A stretch of DNA of 64,000 bases from an uncultured Candidatus Binatia bacterium (GCA_965215605.1 OZ244070.1:1920001-1984000); one strand, 5' to 3'; positions 38,804 to 49,371 are shown, counted from the first letter of the stretch. Notes: a model not told the origin generated them from the letters alone. Translations and numbers: made by a program.

Positions 38804-39597
38804 GGGCCGAGGCAGGCAACCGGCGCGACCGGCTGCGGGCGATGCTGGCGGATCTGAAGATGCCGGGCGCGCTCGAGGCCGTCGACGACGTCCTGGCCCA
38901 GGCCGACAGCGGGGCGGCCACCGCCAGCGAGGCTATCGAGCAGTTGTTGGACGCCCAGATCGGGTTGCGCAACAACCGCCGCCTCCAGACCGCCATGCGC
39001 TCGTCGCGGCTGCCGGCCGTGAAGACCCTGGCCCAGTTCGACTTCGCCTTCCAGCCCAGCATCAAGCGCGAGCAGATCGAGAGCCTCCACGAACTCGGCT
39101 TCCTGGATCGCCGCGAAAACGTCATTTTTCTCGGGCCGCCCGGGGTCGGCAAGACTCATCTGGCTATCAGCCTAGCCGTCGCCGCCGCCGAATCCGGCCG
39201 CCGCGTCTACTACGGAACCCTGGCCGGACTGATCGAGTCGCTGCTGGAGGCCAAGGCCGCAGGCGAGCTCTCCCGCCGGCTGCGGGTCCTCACCTATCCC
39301 GCCTTGCTCTTGGTGGACGAGATCGGCTACCTGCCGGTTACCCAGGACGGCGCCGTGCTCTTCTTCCAGCTCATCAACGCCAGGCACGAACGCGCCTCCA
39401 CCGTGCTCACCTCCAACAAGGGCTTCGAGGACTGGGGCAGCGTCCTCGGCGACGAGGTCATGGCTGCTGCCCTCATCGACCGGCTCCTCCACCACTGCCA
39501 CATCGTCAACATCCGCGGCAACAGCTACAGGATGCGCGAACACCGCAACCTCATGCGGTCAGCCGACGAGCAGCCTCGCCAGGGAGGCGTCCTGTGA
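38800..39597 (+). CDS. istB: IS21 helper ATPase IstB
   Basis: GPPGVGKTHLA, LLVDEIGY, LTSN, IDRLLHH, GNSYR. Confidence 0.96.
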   Translation: MRAEAGNRRDRLRAMLADLKMPGALEAVDDVLAQADSGAATASEAIEQLLDAQIGLRNNRRLQTAMRSSRLPAVKTLAQFDFAFQPSIKREQIESLHELGFLDRRENVIFLGPPGVGKTHLAISLAVAAAESGRRVYYGTLAGLIESLLEAKAAGELSRRLRVLTYPALLLVDEIGYLPVTQDGAVLFFQLINARHERASTVLTSNKGFEDWGSVLGDEVMAAALIDRLLHHCHIVNIRGNSYRMREHRNLMRSADEQPRQGGVL

Positions 39598-40389
39598 GCG
39601 CCATGTCCTGCCGATCTGCAACCCGTCATGGCCTGGACTCCGCTCGCTCCGCTCCCTCCGTCCAGACCATGACCCATGAACCGAACCAACCGCAGAGCGT
39701 CACTTCTGCACGGACGCTCTTCTCGAAAGTGTGCAGTTTTCGATTGCCAAATGTGTGCAGTTTTCGGTTGCCATTGACACGCGGGGATAGACCCGAGGAT
39801 AGAGCAACGAGGAAACGGGAACGCACGGTTCCCCCGCATGCGCGGGGATAGACCCAGCGGAGACGCCGTGTCGCAAGCGCACGTCGAGGTTCCCCCGCAT
39901 GCGCGGGGATAGACCGCCGTGGGGTGCTTCGGGCCATCCCACGATTGAGGTTCCCCCGCATGCGCGGGGATAGACCCGGAGGCAAACGTTGATGGCGCAG
40001 TATCTACAGGGTTCCCCCGCATGCGCGGGGATAGACCCAGCAGGGCTACGACCTGTTGCAGCGCCCGGACGGTTCCCCCGCATGCGCGGGGATAGACCCG
40101 TGGGATTGAAGCTCACCACCGAGGAAGTGGCGGTTCCCCCGCATGCGCGGGGATAGACCCGGTTAGGTCGGTGTCACGGATGATATCTACGCGGTTCCCC
40201 CGCATGCGCGGGGATAGACCGGGCTCGGCGCCCTTGCCTTCCTGGCGGCCTTGGGTTCCCCCGCATGCGCGGGGATAGACCCGCTGTCACTTACGCTCTC
40301 CAGATCAAGTCGCCGGTTCCCCCGCGCACGCGGGGATAGACCCATATGGGGGACACAATTCATAGATGAAACCGGCGTACGAGGGTGAT

Positions 40390-41034
40390 ATGAGAACACG
40401 ACGACAGACGCGTTCACACGCGAATTTGCGGAAGCTTCATGCACAGCTTGTAGAATGTTCGCGATATCCTGAACGGATTCTCTTTCTGGATGTCGAGACT
40501 ACCGGGTTAAATCCCCACCACCACGAGATCACTGTGATCGGATGGTCGTTCGGCGGCTGCGCAAGGACCATAGTAAGGGGGGCAGATCCAAGCCTGCTCC
40601 GTAGTGACCTTGGATACGCCAAATTCCTGATAACCTTCAATGGCGGTCGCTTCGATACCAAGTTCGTCACGCGGGAACTTCCGGGAATCATGTTGCCGAA
40701 GGTTCATTTCGACCTCATGTATCTTTGTCGGCATGTCGGACTCATAGGTGGCCAAAAGGAAATCGAAAAGACCCTCGGAATAGACTTCCGATGTGAGGCG
40801 TCCGCAATCACCGGCGTCACCGCGGTTGCGCTTTGGCGCAAGTATCTACTGGGCGACCGTGAGGCGCTGCAAAGATTGATCCTGTACAATCGGGTCGACA
40901 TAGCCGCGATGGGTGCCATCCTTGATGAGGTCATTTTTAGAATGAGTGCTCGCTTCGCGTTGCCGATGAACGATGTGCGTTTCAGGGATTGGTCGGCGCC
41001 AGCAGGCTGGCGGGCGTTGCCGGATGTCCCATAG
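40390..41034 (+). CDS. RNase H-like DEDDy 3'-5' exonuclease (YprB/RNase_H_2-like)
   Basis: ExoI FLDVETTG, ExoII TFNGGRFD, ExoIII YNRVD; GAGGGTGA RBS. Confidence 0.85.
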   Translation: MRTRRQTRSHANLRKLHAQLVECSRYPERILFLDVETTGLNPHHHEITVIGWSFGGCARTIVRGADPSLLRSDLGYAKFLITFNGGRFDTKFVTRELPGIMLPKVHFDLMYLCRHVGLIGGQKEIEKTLGIDFRCEASAITGVTAVALWRKYLLGDREALQRLILYNRVDIAAMGAILDEVIFRMSARFALPMNDVRFRDWSAPAGWRALPDVP

Positions 41035-41120
41035 CTTGCGGACGACCCCTTCGCCAAACAAGATTGCAAGGATTTCGTTAGGCGTCGTCCGACCATAGCC
41101 AGATGGCTGTACGGGATATT

Positions 41121-41870
41121 ATGAGTTCCATGATCAAGACGGTACACCTCGCCTTTGTCGCCGTCGGCTGTGCGGTTCTGTTGTCCGGAGCCGCCGGCGC
41201 GCAGTCGATGGACAAGGTGCGGGAGGTGTACGCGGAGGGCCGGTTCGCCGCCGCGGCGGAGCTCGGAGCGGCGATCAAGACCTCCGAGGGCTACGCCTTG
41301 GCGGCGCAGTCACTGGCGGTGCAGGGTCACTTTTTCGCCGAGGGGGAAGAAAAGAAGGCCCTGTTCGAACGCGCCGTGGAGTTGGCGCAGGAGGCGGTCC
41401 GGCTCGATACGGCCAATCCGGAGGCGCACATCCAACTGGCCCATGCCACGGGTCGGTATGCCCAGGTCATCGGGTTCCTGCAGGCGGTGGCCGGAGGCTA
41501 TGCCACGAGAGTGCGGGAATCGATCGAAGAGGCGTTGCGGCTGGACCCCGACAAGGCGGCTGCTCACCTGAGTCTGGCTACCTGGCAGGCCGAAGTCGTC
41601 AACGCCGCCGGTCCGATGGCCGGGTTCCTGTACGGTGCCACGAGTGAGAAGGCTCGCCGGCACTACGCCCGGACCCTGGATCTCGTGCCCGACGCCAAGG
41701 TGGTCTATGTCGAATATGCCTTCGGTTTGTTGTTGATGGACGAGGACCGCAACCGGGAGGAGGCGGTCCGTCTGCTCGAAAGCGCCCTCCAGAAACCCTC
41801 CAAGGACGCCCTCGACCGTCTCTACCACGAGCAGGCGGTGGCGCGGTTGGCCTCCCTCAAGGGCGGCTAG
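41121..41870 (+). CDS. Secreted TPR-like helical protein
   Basis: Signal peptide; repeated AVRLD..NPEAH and ALRLDPDKAAAH helices; start uncertain. Confidence 0.7.
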   Translation: MSSMIKTVHLAFVAVGCAVLLSGAAGAQSMDKVREVYAEGRFAAAAELGAAIKTSEGYALAAQSLAVQGHFFAEGEEKKALFERAVELAQEAVRLDTANPEAHIQLAHATGRYAQVIGFLQAVAGGYATRVRESIEEALRLDPDKAAAHLSLATWQAEVVNAAGPMAGFLYGATSEKARRHYARTLDLVPDAKVVYVEYAFGLLLMDEDRNREEAVRLLESALQKPSKDALDRLYHEQAVARLASLKGG

Positions 41871-41878
41871 TGCAAACA

Positions 41879-41903
41879 GGGGCGGGTTCGATACCCGCCC
41901 CTG
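41879..41903. repeat. REP-like palindrome / possible bidirectional terminator
   Basis: GGGGCGGGTTCGATACCCGCCCC between convergent genes; similar copy at 60145-60168. Confidence 0.55.
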
Positions 41904-41948
41904 CCTTCATCACACGCCGCCGCCGGCCCGAAAGCCGTCTCGCCCGCC

Positions 41949-43406
41949 TCACGCGGCGCCGGGCAACCCCAAGGCATGGCGCACGCCCTCCGAATAGGCC
42001 GGGTCGGCCTTGGCGAAGTGCGCGAGCTGCTTGTCGATGATACTCCGCGGGACACCCTGCATGGCCGCGGCGATGTTGCCGAACAGGCGTTGCTTCTGGT
42101 GGTCGTCGAACAACCGGAACAGGTTCCCGGCCTGGGTGTAGTCGTCGTTGCCCTCCCGGTGGTCGTAGCGGGAGGCGTCGCCCGAGATCCTGAGCGGCGG
42201 CTCCGCGTAGCGCTTGTCCTGCACCGGCCCGCCGAAGCTGTTGGGCTCGTAGTAGGCGTCAACGTTGCCGTGCCGGGGCTCGAAGAACCGCATGGGGCCG
42301 TCCTTGTGGTAGTGGCGCACGGGGCACCGCGGCGCGTTCACCGGCAGCGCCTCGTAGTGCGTGCCCAGCCGGTAGCGGTGCGCGTCGGCGTAGGAGAAGA
42401 TGCGCGCCTGCAGCATCTTGTCCGGTGAGAAGCCGATGCCCGGCACGATGTTGGAGGGGGAGAAGGCCGCCTGCTCCACCTCGGCGAAGTAGTTCTCCGG
42501 GTTCCGGTTCAGTTCCATCACCCCGGCGTCGATCAGCGGGTAGTCGGCGTGGGGCCAGACCTTGGTGAGGTCGAACGGATTGTACGAGGTCTTCTCCGCG
42601 TCCTCTTCCGGCATGAGCTGTATCTTGAGATCCCATTTCGGAAACTCGCCGCGGTCGACGGCGCCGAACAGGGCTTCCTGGTAGGACTCACGGGTCCGGC
42701 CGATGACCTCGGCGCTCTCCGCGTTGGTGTAGTGCCGGTGCCCCTGCCGGGTCTTGAAGTGGAACTTGACCCAGAAGCGCTCGTTGTCGGCGTTGATGAA
42801 GCTGAAGGTGTGCGAGCCGTAGCCGTTCATGTACATGGGCGCCGTGGGGCAGCCCCGGTCGGACATGACGATGGTGATCTGGTGCAGCGACTCGGGCGAC
42901 TGCGACCAGAAATCCCACATGGCGATGGGGCTCCGCAGGTGCGTCTTGGGATGGCGTTTCTGGGTGCGGATGAAGTCCGGGAACTTGTAGGGATCGCGGA
43001 TGAAGAAGACCGGCGTGTTGTTGCCCACCAGGTCCCAGTTGCCTTCCTCGGTGTAGAACTTCACCGCGAAGCCCCGCACGTCGCGTTCGGCGTCCGCCGC
43101 CCCGAGCTCGCCGGCCACGGTGGAGAACCGCACCAGCACCTCGCATTTGGCGCCGGGCTGGAGGACCCTGGCCCGGGTGTAGCGCGAGATGTCGTGGTTG
43201 ACCGTGAAGGTCCCGTACGCGCCCCAGCCCTTGGCGTGCACCACCCGCTCGGGGATGCGCTCGCGGTTCTGGTGGGCCAGCTTCTCGATAAGCTGGTAGT
43301 CCTGCAGCAGGATCGGCCCGCGCTCTCCGGCGGTGAGGGCGTTCTGGTTGTCGGACACGGGCGCGCCCGCGCTGGTGGTCATCACCGGGCATTGCTTCCG
43401 GGACAT
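41949..43406 (-). CDS. katA: Monofunctional small-subunit catalase
   Basis: [41 protein letters not shown]. Confidence 0.96.
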   Translation of the reverse strand: MSRKQCPVMTTSAGAPVSDNQNALTAGERGPILLQDYQLIEKLAHQNRERIPERVVHAKGWGAYGTFTVNHDISRYTRARVLQPGAKCEVLVRFSTVAGELGAADAERDVRGFAVKFYTEEGNWDLVGNNTPVFFIRDPYKFPDFIRTQKRHPKTHLRSPIAMWDFWSQSPESLHQITIVMSDRGCPTAPMYMNGYGSHTFSFINADNERFWVKFHFKTRQGHRHYTNAESAEVIGRTRESYQEALFGAVDRGEFPKWDLKIQLMPEEDAEKTSYNPFDLTKVWPHADYPLIDAGVMELNRNPENYFAEVEQAAFSPSNIVPGIGFSPDKMLQARIFSYADAHRYRLGTHYEALPVNAPRCPVRHYHKDGPMRFFEPRHGNVDAYYEPNSFGGPVQDKRYAEPPLRISGDASRYDHREGNDDYTQAGNLFRLFDDHQKQRLFGNIAAAMQGVPRSIIDKQLAHFAKADPAYSEGVRHALGLPGAA

Positions 43407-43448
43407 GGGTATCTCCTTTCTCCTGAACGAACCGCTGTAGTGTCTTTC

Positions 43449-43476
43449 AGTATAGTCGATAAATCCGAGAATTATC
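43449..43476 (-). promoter_or_regulatory. Fur/PerR-like box next to the catalase -10 element
   Basis: GATAA-N9-TTATC (43458-43476) and TATACT on the - strand (43449-43454). Confidence 0.45.
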
Positions 43477-43531
43477 CGCCACCCTGCGGCGCTGGGGGTC
43501 ATCCCCACCATGGCGCCCTGGCGTCGCGCGT

Positions 43532-43912
43532 CTACCAGATCGTCTGTGAATAGAATGACCGGATGGCGGCGTCGGAGGTGACGAGTGGGCAGGTGTGCAG
43601 ACTGGCGGTGGCCACGATGGTGCGGTCGGCAGGGTCGCGATGGTTCCAGTCGAGCTCGAGGTTCTTTGCCCAGGTGCGGACGTCTACCGGAAGAATATCG
43701 AGGCGGTCGATCCGTTCCAGCCTGTCCGCGAACTCCTGGAGGGGAACCGGGATGAAGAGCTTTTGCCTCTTGACCTTCAGGCCGATCTCCCAAATGGAGA
43801 TGGAGCTCACGATAATGCAGTCGGCGTCGTCGATGGCCCATGAAGCGGCCCGAGAGAGACGCTCCTTGTCCAGGGTCCAGAAGATGAGGGCGGAAGTGTC
43901 CAGTACGATCAT
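43532..43912 (-). CDS. vapC: PIN-domain toxin
   Basis: [37 protein letters not shown]. Confidence 0.92.
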   Translation of the reverse strand: MIVLDTSALIFWTLDKERLSRAASWAIDDADCIIVSSISIWEIGLKVKRQKLFIPVPLQEFADRLERIDRLDILPVDVRTWAKNLELDWNHRDPADRTIVATASLHTCPLVTSDAAIRSFYSQTIW

Positions 43913-44143
43913 TTACGATTCGGCCCATTCGTCCGCGGTGGGGGTGTCGATGTCCTCATGGTAAAGGACCTTGCCCTGAATCGTTCCGAACACTTCCTCC
44001 ACGGATCGCTTTCGAGCGATGGGCTGAATGCGCAAGACGGGTCGATTGTGGTCGGTGACGACTAGCTCCTCGCCACTTTCTTCGATCTCGCGAAAGACGC
44101 GAAGCATATTGGCCTTGAGCTTGCTTTTCGAGATGGAAATCAT
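43913..44143 (-). CDS. Phd/YefM family antitoxin
   Basis: ISKSKLKA...[13 protein letters not shown]; upstream palindrome ATGACC-GG-GGTCAT (44171-44184). Confidence 0.88.
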   Translation of the reverse strand: MISISKSKLKANMLRVFREIEESGEELVVTDHNRPVLRIQPIARKRSVEEVFGTIQGKVLYHEDIDTPTADEWAES

Positions 44144-44335
44144 GGTTGCTCTCCAAATATGTCCGCAGTTATGACCGGGGTCATTTCTATCAAGAGCGGG
44201 CCACCTTCGTCAAATGTCATTTGGTCCGGCCAGAGTGTGCTTGCCGTTCGTCCCACCGTGTCCGTCTCGCGCACGAATGTGTGCTATCATGTGGGATGTC
44301 GGCCATGACCCTCGTCCGTGCCCCACGGTAGTTGA

Positions 44336-46795
44336 ATGAACTCGCCGTCCGATACGTCCTCGAACATCGTCACGAGAGATCCCGTGTGCGGGATGGAGGT
44401 TTCTCTTTCGGCCGGGAAGCCCACGCTGGAACATCTCGGCCAGCAGTACCATTTCTGCTGCGACGGGTGCATGCGAAAGTTCGAGGGTGCGCCGGAGGAT
44501 TACATCGAGGCCAGGGATCCGGTCTGCGGCATGACGGTCCAACGCGCCACCGCGCGGTACATGGCCCGGCACGACGGGGAACGGTTCTACTTCTGTTCCG
44601 GGCACTGTCAGGCGCGCTTCGAGGCCTCGCCGGAAGAACATCTCGGTCCCCGTTCCGAACCCGAGCCGGCGCCCGAGGGCGTCAAGTACACGTGCCCGAT
44701 GGACCCGGAGATCGTACGTGATGCTCCGGGCGACTGCCCCGTTTGCGGCATGGCCCTCGAACCCATGATGCCCGCCGCGGATGCCGGCCCCAATCCGGAG
44801 CTGGCGGACTTCCGGCGGCGCCTGTGGATCGGCGCGCCCCTCGGTCTGGCCACCCTTGTCCTGGAGATGGGCGGACACCTCGGGCTGCCCATGGCGGAAT
44901 GGCTCGGGCCGCTCTTGCATGTCTGGCTCCAGTTTCTGCTGGCGACCCCGGTGGTGGTGTGGGTGGCGCTGCCGTTTTTCAAGCGCGGCTGGGCGTCGGT
45001 GGTCAATCGCAGCCCCAACATGTGGACCCTGATCGCCCTCGGCGCGGGGGCGTCCTACGTTTTCAGCGTGGCGGCCGTGCTGGCGCCGGCGCTCTTCCCG
45101 GAATCGGTGCTCGGGCCGCACGGGTTGCCCCCGGTCTACTTCGAGGCCGCGGCGGTCATTCTCATCCTGGTGCTGGTGGGCCAGATATTCGAGCTCTCCG
45201 CCCGGGAGCGTACCGGCGGCGCGATCCGGGCGCTGCTCGACCTCGCGCCCAAGACCGCCCGGCGGGTGACCGACGACGGCGACGAGGACGTGCCGCTGGA
45301 GGCGGTCAAGGTCGGCGACCGGCTGCTGGTGCGGCCGGGGGAGAGTGTGCCGGTGGACGGCACCGTCCTCGACGGACGCTCGGCGGTGGACGAAAGGCTG
45401 CTCACGGGCGAGCCGATCCCGGTGGAGAAGGGGGCGGGGGACCCCGTGACCGGCGGCACCATCAACCAGTCGGGATCGTTCACCCTGCGCGCCGAGGGGG
45501 TCGGCGCCGATACGGTGCTGGCGCGCATCGTCGACATGGTGGCCGCGGCCCAGCGCAGCCGCGCTCCGGTCCAGGCCCTGGTGGACCGCGTCGCGAGCTG
45601 GTTCGTGCCGGCGGTAGTGGCGGTCTCGGTGATCTCGTTCGTCCTGTGGCTGGCCATCGGCCCCGTGCCCGCCCTCGCCCATGCCGTGGTGGCGGCCGTC
45701 AGCGTCCTCGTCATCGCCTGCCCGTGCGCCCTCGGGCTCGCCACGCCCATGTCGATCATGGTGGCGACCGGGCGCGGCGCCCAGGCGGGTGTGCTGGTGC
45801 GGGATGCCGCGGCGCTGGAGAGCCTCGCCAAGGTGGACGTGCTGATCGTGGACAAGACCGGCACCCTGACGGAAGGGAAGCCCGAGCTGACCGACGTGAT
45901 CGCCGCCGATGGCGGCATGGACGAGGCGGAGGTCCTCTCGTTGGCGGCTTCTCTCGAACGCGGGTCGGAGCACCCGCTGGCGGAGGCGATCCTCGCCGGC
46001 GCCCAGGCGCGGGGCGCCGTGCTCCAGGAGACCGCGGACTTCGAGGCTGTCCCGGGAAAAGGCGTCCGCGGCCGGGTCGCGGGCCGGGCGGTGGCCCTTG
46101 GCAACCTGGCGCTGATGCACGAGCTGGACGCCGACCTCGGCGAGGTCACAAGCGTCGCCGAGGGGCTGCAGGAGGCAGGCAAGACCGTCATGTTCGTTGC
46201 CGTGGACGGCAGCCCCCGGGGTCTCGTGGCGGCGGCGGACCGGGTCAAGCCCACCACGCGGGAGGCCATCGGCAGGCTCCGCCGCTCGGGGCTCGGCATC
46301 ATGATGTTGACCGGCGACAGCCCGAGGGCGGCGCGGGCGGTGGCCGCCGGCCTCGACATCGACGACTGGCGGGCGGAAGCGACGCCGGAGGACAAGCGGG
46401 ACGTCGTCGCCGAGTTGAGGGCCGGCGGCCGTCACGTGGCCATGGCGGGCGACGGCATCAACGACGCGCCCGCCCTCGCCGCCGCCGATACCGGCATCGC
46501 CATGGGCACCGGCGCGGACGTGGCCATCAAGAGCGCCGGAGTCACCCTGATGCGCGGCGACTTGAACGGCATCGTCCGCGCCCGCCTGCTGGCCCGCGCC
46601 ACCTTGGGCAACATTCGGCAGAACCTGTTCTTCGCCTTCGTCTACAACACGGTGGGGGTCACCATCGCGGCCGGCGTCTTCTACCCGATGTTCGGTGTGC
46701 TGCTGTCGCCCATGGTCGCCGCCGCCGCCATGAGCCTGTCATCGGTGTCGGTGGTGGGAAACGCGCTGCGGCTGACGCGCATCCGGCTCGGGTGA
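44336..46795 (+). CDS. copA: P1B-type Cu(+)-translocating ATPase with two YHS domains
   Basis: DPVCGM x2, [46 protein letters not shown]. Confidence 0.93.
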   Translation: MNSPSDTSSNIVTRDPVCGMEVSLSAGKPTLEHLGQQYHFCCDGCMRKFEGAPEDYIEARDPVCGMTVQRATARYMARHDGERFYFCSGHCQARFEASPEEHLGPRSEPEPAPEGVKYTCPMDPEIVRDAPGDCPVCGMALEPMMPAADAGPNPELADFRRRLWIGAPLGLATLVLEMGGHLGLPMAEWLGPLLHVWLQFLLATPVVVWVALPFFKRGWASVVNRSPNMWTLIALGAGASYVFSVAAVLAPALFPESVLGPHGLPPVYFEAAAVILILVLVGQIFELSARERTGGAIRALLDLAPKTARRVTDDGDEDVPLEAVKVGDRLLVRPGESVPVDGTVLDGRSAVDERLLTGEPIPVEKGAGDPVTGGTINQSGSFTLRAEGVGADTVLARIVDMVAAAQRSRAPVQALVDRVASWFVPAVVAVSVISFVLWLAIGPVPALAHAVVAAVSVLVIACPCALGLATPMSIMVATGRGAQAGVLVRDAAALESLAKVDVLIVDKTGTLTEGKPELTDVIAADGGMDEAEVLSLAASLERGSEHPLAEAILAGAQARGAVLQETADFEAVPGKGVRGRVAGRAVALGNLALMHELDADLGEVTSVAEGLQEAGKTVMFVAVDGSPRGLVAAADRVKPTTREAIGRLRRSGLGIMMLTGDSPRAARAVAAGLDIDDWRAEATPEDKRDVVAELRAGGRHVAMAGDGINDAPALAAADTGIAMGTGADVAIKSAGVTLMRGDLNGIVRARLLARATLGNIRQNLFFAFVYNTVGVTIAAGVFYPMFGVLLSPMVAAAAMSLSSVSVVGNALRLTRIRLG

Positions 46796-46825
46796 ACGCT
46801 ATCCGCTAACTCCAGGGTTTGACCC

Positions 46826-47983
46826 TCACAGCCAGGTCAACAGACCTTTATCCGGCACGATGCCGCGCAGAAACTCCTGTACCGGCAGACACCAGATGCC
46901 GTCGATCCGCAAGCGTTCCCGGCCACGATAGAGCACGGCGGTCTCGGCCTCGGGATAGTCCTCGCGAAACGCCTTCAGCGCGCGCAGGTCTTTGGAATAC
47001 ACGTTGGCGGCGTTCTTGACCTCGAATGCCTGGAGCCCCGATTCCCCGTAGACCACGAAGTCGACTTCGGTCCCGCTGCGCGTGCGCCAGAAGAATAACT
47101 CCACCTCGTGCCTGGAATACGCGGCCCACGCCCGGAGATGCTGAGCCACCAACCCCTCCAGCGCCTGCCCGTCTATCTCCTCGGGACGGTCCAACGGTCC
47201 CTTGGGGCGCAACGAGCGGAACACGCCGGCGTCGAACAGGTAGATTTTCTCGTGGTTGACGGTTGCGCGCTTGGCGCGCTTGCGAAAGACGGGCAGCCGG
47301 AAAGCCAGCAGAAGGTCCTCCAGGATGCCGGCATATCCGGCCACCACCTTGCGCTCGACCTCGCATTCCCTGGCCACCGCCGAGACGTTCAGTTGTGCCC
47401 CGTGGGAGAAGCTGACCGCTTCCAGAAATCGGGTGAAGTTCCCGACGTTCCGCGTCAATCCCTCGGCCTGTACCTCCTGTTCGAGATAAAGGCTCGCGTA
47501 AGCGCTCAGGACGTCCGCCGGGTCGGTAGCTCCCATGACCAGGGGCAGCAACCCGATCCGCAGTGCTTGTGCGAGGTCGAAGTCCGATAACTCTGCGGCC
47601 ATGAAGGGATGCATGGTGCGGCGCGCCGCCCGTCCCCCCAGAAGGTCGACACCCTCGCGCCGAAGCTTTCGGGCACTCGATCCAGTCAATATGAAACGCG
47701 GCGGCGAAGGCTCCTCCATCAGCGCGTGAACCACGGTCAACAACTCCGGGATCCGCTGGATCTCGTCGATGACCACGGTGTCCGTCCGGGGCGAGCCGGC
47801 GAGCAGCTCCCGGAGGCGCTCGGGCCGGGCGTTCAGGCTGCGATGAAGGGCGGGTTCGAGCAGGTCCAGGAACAGGGCATCAGGGAGCCGGTTGCGCAAC
47901 CAAGTGGACTTTCCGGTCCCGCGGGGACCGAACAGAAAGCAACTCTGTCCCGGAATGTTGAAAAAACGACTTCTAAATTCCAT
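46826..47983 (-). CDS. AAA+ ATPase with DUF4143 PD-(D/E)XK-like C-terminus
   Basis: GPRGTGKS, IDEIQ, LTGSS, KIYLFDAG, EVDFV...FEVK. Confidence 0.9.
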   Translation of the reverse strand: MEFRSRFFNIPGQSCFLFGPRGTGKSTWLRNRLPDALFLDLLEPALHRSLNARPERLRELLAGSPRTDTVVIDEIQRIPELLTVVHALMEEPSPPRFILTGSSARKLRREGVDLLGGRAARRTMHPFMAAELSDFDLAQALRIGLLPLVMGATDPADVLSAYASLYLEQEVQAEGLTRNVGNFTRFLEAVSFSHGAQLNVSAVARECEVERKVVAGYAGILEDLLLAFRLPVFRKRAKRATVNHEKIYLFDAGVFRSLRPKGPLDRPEEIDGQALEGLVAQHLRAWAAYSRHEVELFFWRTRSGTEVDFVVYGESGLQAFEVKNAANVYSKDLRALKAFREDYPEAETAVLYRGRERLRIDGIWCLPVQEFLRGIVPDKGLLTWL

Positions 47984-48060
47984 TTTGCGTCCAAAATTGG
48001 AATTACTATATCCAATAATGGAGCACCTGGAACTGGAAATCAAATGTCAACGCGAGTTTC

Positions 48061-49371
48061 TCACACCTCGTAGTACCCGTTCATGATCGCGTCGTGCCAT
48101 ACCTTCGTGATCACCGGGCAGACGCCCAGGGGCAGACCTTCCTCGGTGGCCCAGTAGGAATGGATGCCGGTGCCGATCTCGACCACGCGTACCTTGGGGG
48201 CCGGGTTCATGGCGGCGTACTCCTTCTTGACGATCTGGTTGTACTTCTCGGGGGTGTGGTCGCGGCTGAACTTGTTGATGCCGTAGAGAAGCGGCGGGAT
48301 CGGCTTTCCGGGCAGCGGGCGGCCGTAGCCCAGGTAGCGGTCCACCAGGGCCTGGGTCTCCTCGGCGTTCATGTTGAGGCGTTCGGCGGTGACCTTGGCG
48401 GCTTCGGTGAGGCACGGGTGGCTGTCGCTGTGGAGCCAGTTCTCGGCCTTGAACTGGGGGAAACGCTTGGCCCGCTCCCACATCTCGAAGACCTCCTCCA
48501 TCAACTGCGCCAGTCTGAAGAGCGGCTTCGCCCCTTCCTGCATCGCCACTTCGGCGCCCTTGTAGCGCGCCAGCTCACGCCAGTTCCGGATCAGCACGTG
48601 ATCGAAGGGGGTGGGCCAGTCGTGGCCGCTCATCTTGCGGAAGATGAATGCGAACGGCGAGTTCTCGATGCCGATGAGCCCCTTGCCGTTCTCGATGCGC
48701 TGCAGCAGGTAGTGGCTGAAGGGTCCGCCGGTGGAGTGGCCGTGGGTGAACACCGAGTACTCGCCCACGGGCAGGTGCCGGCGGCAGATGTCCAGCATGC
48801 CTTCCTCGAAGGCCACCGGCCAGGCCGCCATGCGATAGTAGAAGTTGCTTCCCTTCTTGGCCCTGGCGTACTTCCGGGAGCCGTAGATCTCCCGCAGGGC
48901 GGCGTCGTCGACCACGTCGTACTCGTCCCTGCCGATGAACTCGCCGTCCAGCCAGATGGGCGTACGCACGCTGCCGTCCTCGTGGAAGGTGTCGCCGGGC
49001 CAGTCGCGGCTCGGGTCCGGCAGGTAGAGGCGGCCCGGGTAGGTCATGTTGCACACCTTGTAGCCGCGCTTCCCGGCGAAGGTCTGCGCCAGCCGCTCGA
49101 TGGAGCGCCAGTCGCTGGCGCCGCCGTGGGCCATGAAGATGCCGAGCTTGTTGCCGTCCGGCCCAGTGGGGATCTTGGCCGGGTCCTCGGGCTCGTACAC
49201 CATGCAGCCGATGTCCCAGTCCATGCCGTTGGCGTGGATGCGGAAGACGTCCTCGGTTTCGGTGTAGGGGATGTCCGGCTCCGCCAGTATCCCGTCGGAG
49301 ATCTTGACCAACTCTTCCTTGGACAGGCTGGCGGGGGGCTCCCAAGTATCGGCGGTCTGTGTCTTGGCCAT
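48061..49371 (-). CDS. Hypothetical alpha/beta-hydrolase-like protein
   Basis: HGG oxyanion motif, GHSTGG nucleophile elbow, C-terminal His; strong codon bias and RBS. Confidence 0.65.
   Translation of the reverse strand: MAKTQTADTWEPPASLSKEELVKISDGILAEPDIPYTETEDVFRIHANGMDWDIGCMVYEPEDPAKIPTGPDGNKLGIFMAHGGASDWRSIERLAQTFAGKRGYKVCNMTYPGRLYLPDPSRDWPGDTFHEDGSVRTPIWLDGEFIGRDEYDVVDDAALREIYGSRKYARAKKGSNFYYRMAAWPVAFEEGMLDICRRHLPVGEYSVFTHGHSTGGPFSHYLLQRIENGKGLIGIENSPFAFIFRKMSGHDWPTPFDHVLIRNWRELARYKGAEVAMQEGAKPLFRLAQLMEEVFEMWERAKRFPQFKAENWLHSDSHPCLTEAAKVTAERLNMNAEETQALVDRYLGYGRPLPGKPIPPLLYGINKFSRDHTPEKYNQIVKKEYAAMNPAPKVRVVEIGTGIHSYWATEEGLPLGVCPVITKVWHDAIMNGYYEV

Larger units (their letters stand above)
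37661..39779 (+). mobile_element. IS21-family insertion sequence
   Basis: TG...CA ends, imperfect IRs with reiterated AAACTGCACAC subterminal repeats, CGCGG target duplication, istA-istB. Confidence 0.95.
36910..40342 (+). CRISPR. Type I-E CRISPR array, 22 repeats / 21 spacers, repeat 13 interrupted by IS21
   Basis: Repeat GGTTCCCCCGCATGCGCGGGGATAGACC(C), 61-bp period from 36910 to 37642 and from 39827 to 40315; terminal repeat variant has a GCAC loop. Confidence 0.98.

Noticed and set aside
37661-39779. IS21 plus type I-E as an RNA-guided transposon
   Set aside because: The IS has its own ends and target duplication inside a repeat, cas3 is intact and no TniQ is present; it is a simple insertion.
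40105-40112. ATTGAAGC in spacer 18, matching the end of the orphan repeat
   Set aside because: Only 8 nt with no flanking similarity; consistent with chance.
36910-40342. Self-targeting spacers within the window
   Set aside because: None noticed by eye; a computational search is needed to exclude them.
36828-40444. Minus-strand ORFs with repeated GLSPRMRGN/GSIPAHAGEP peptides
   Set aside because: Translation artefacts of the CRISPR repeats.
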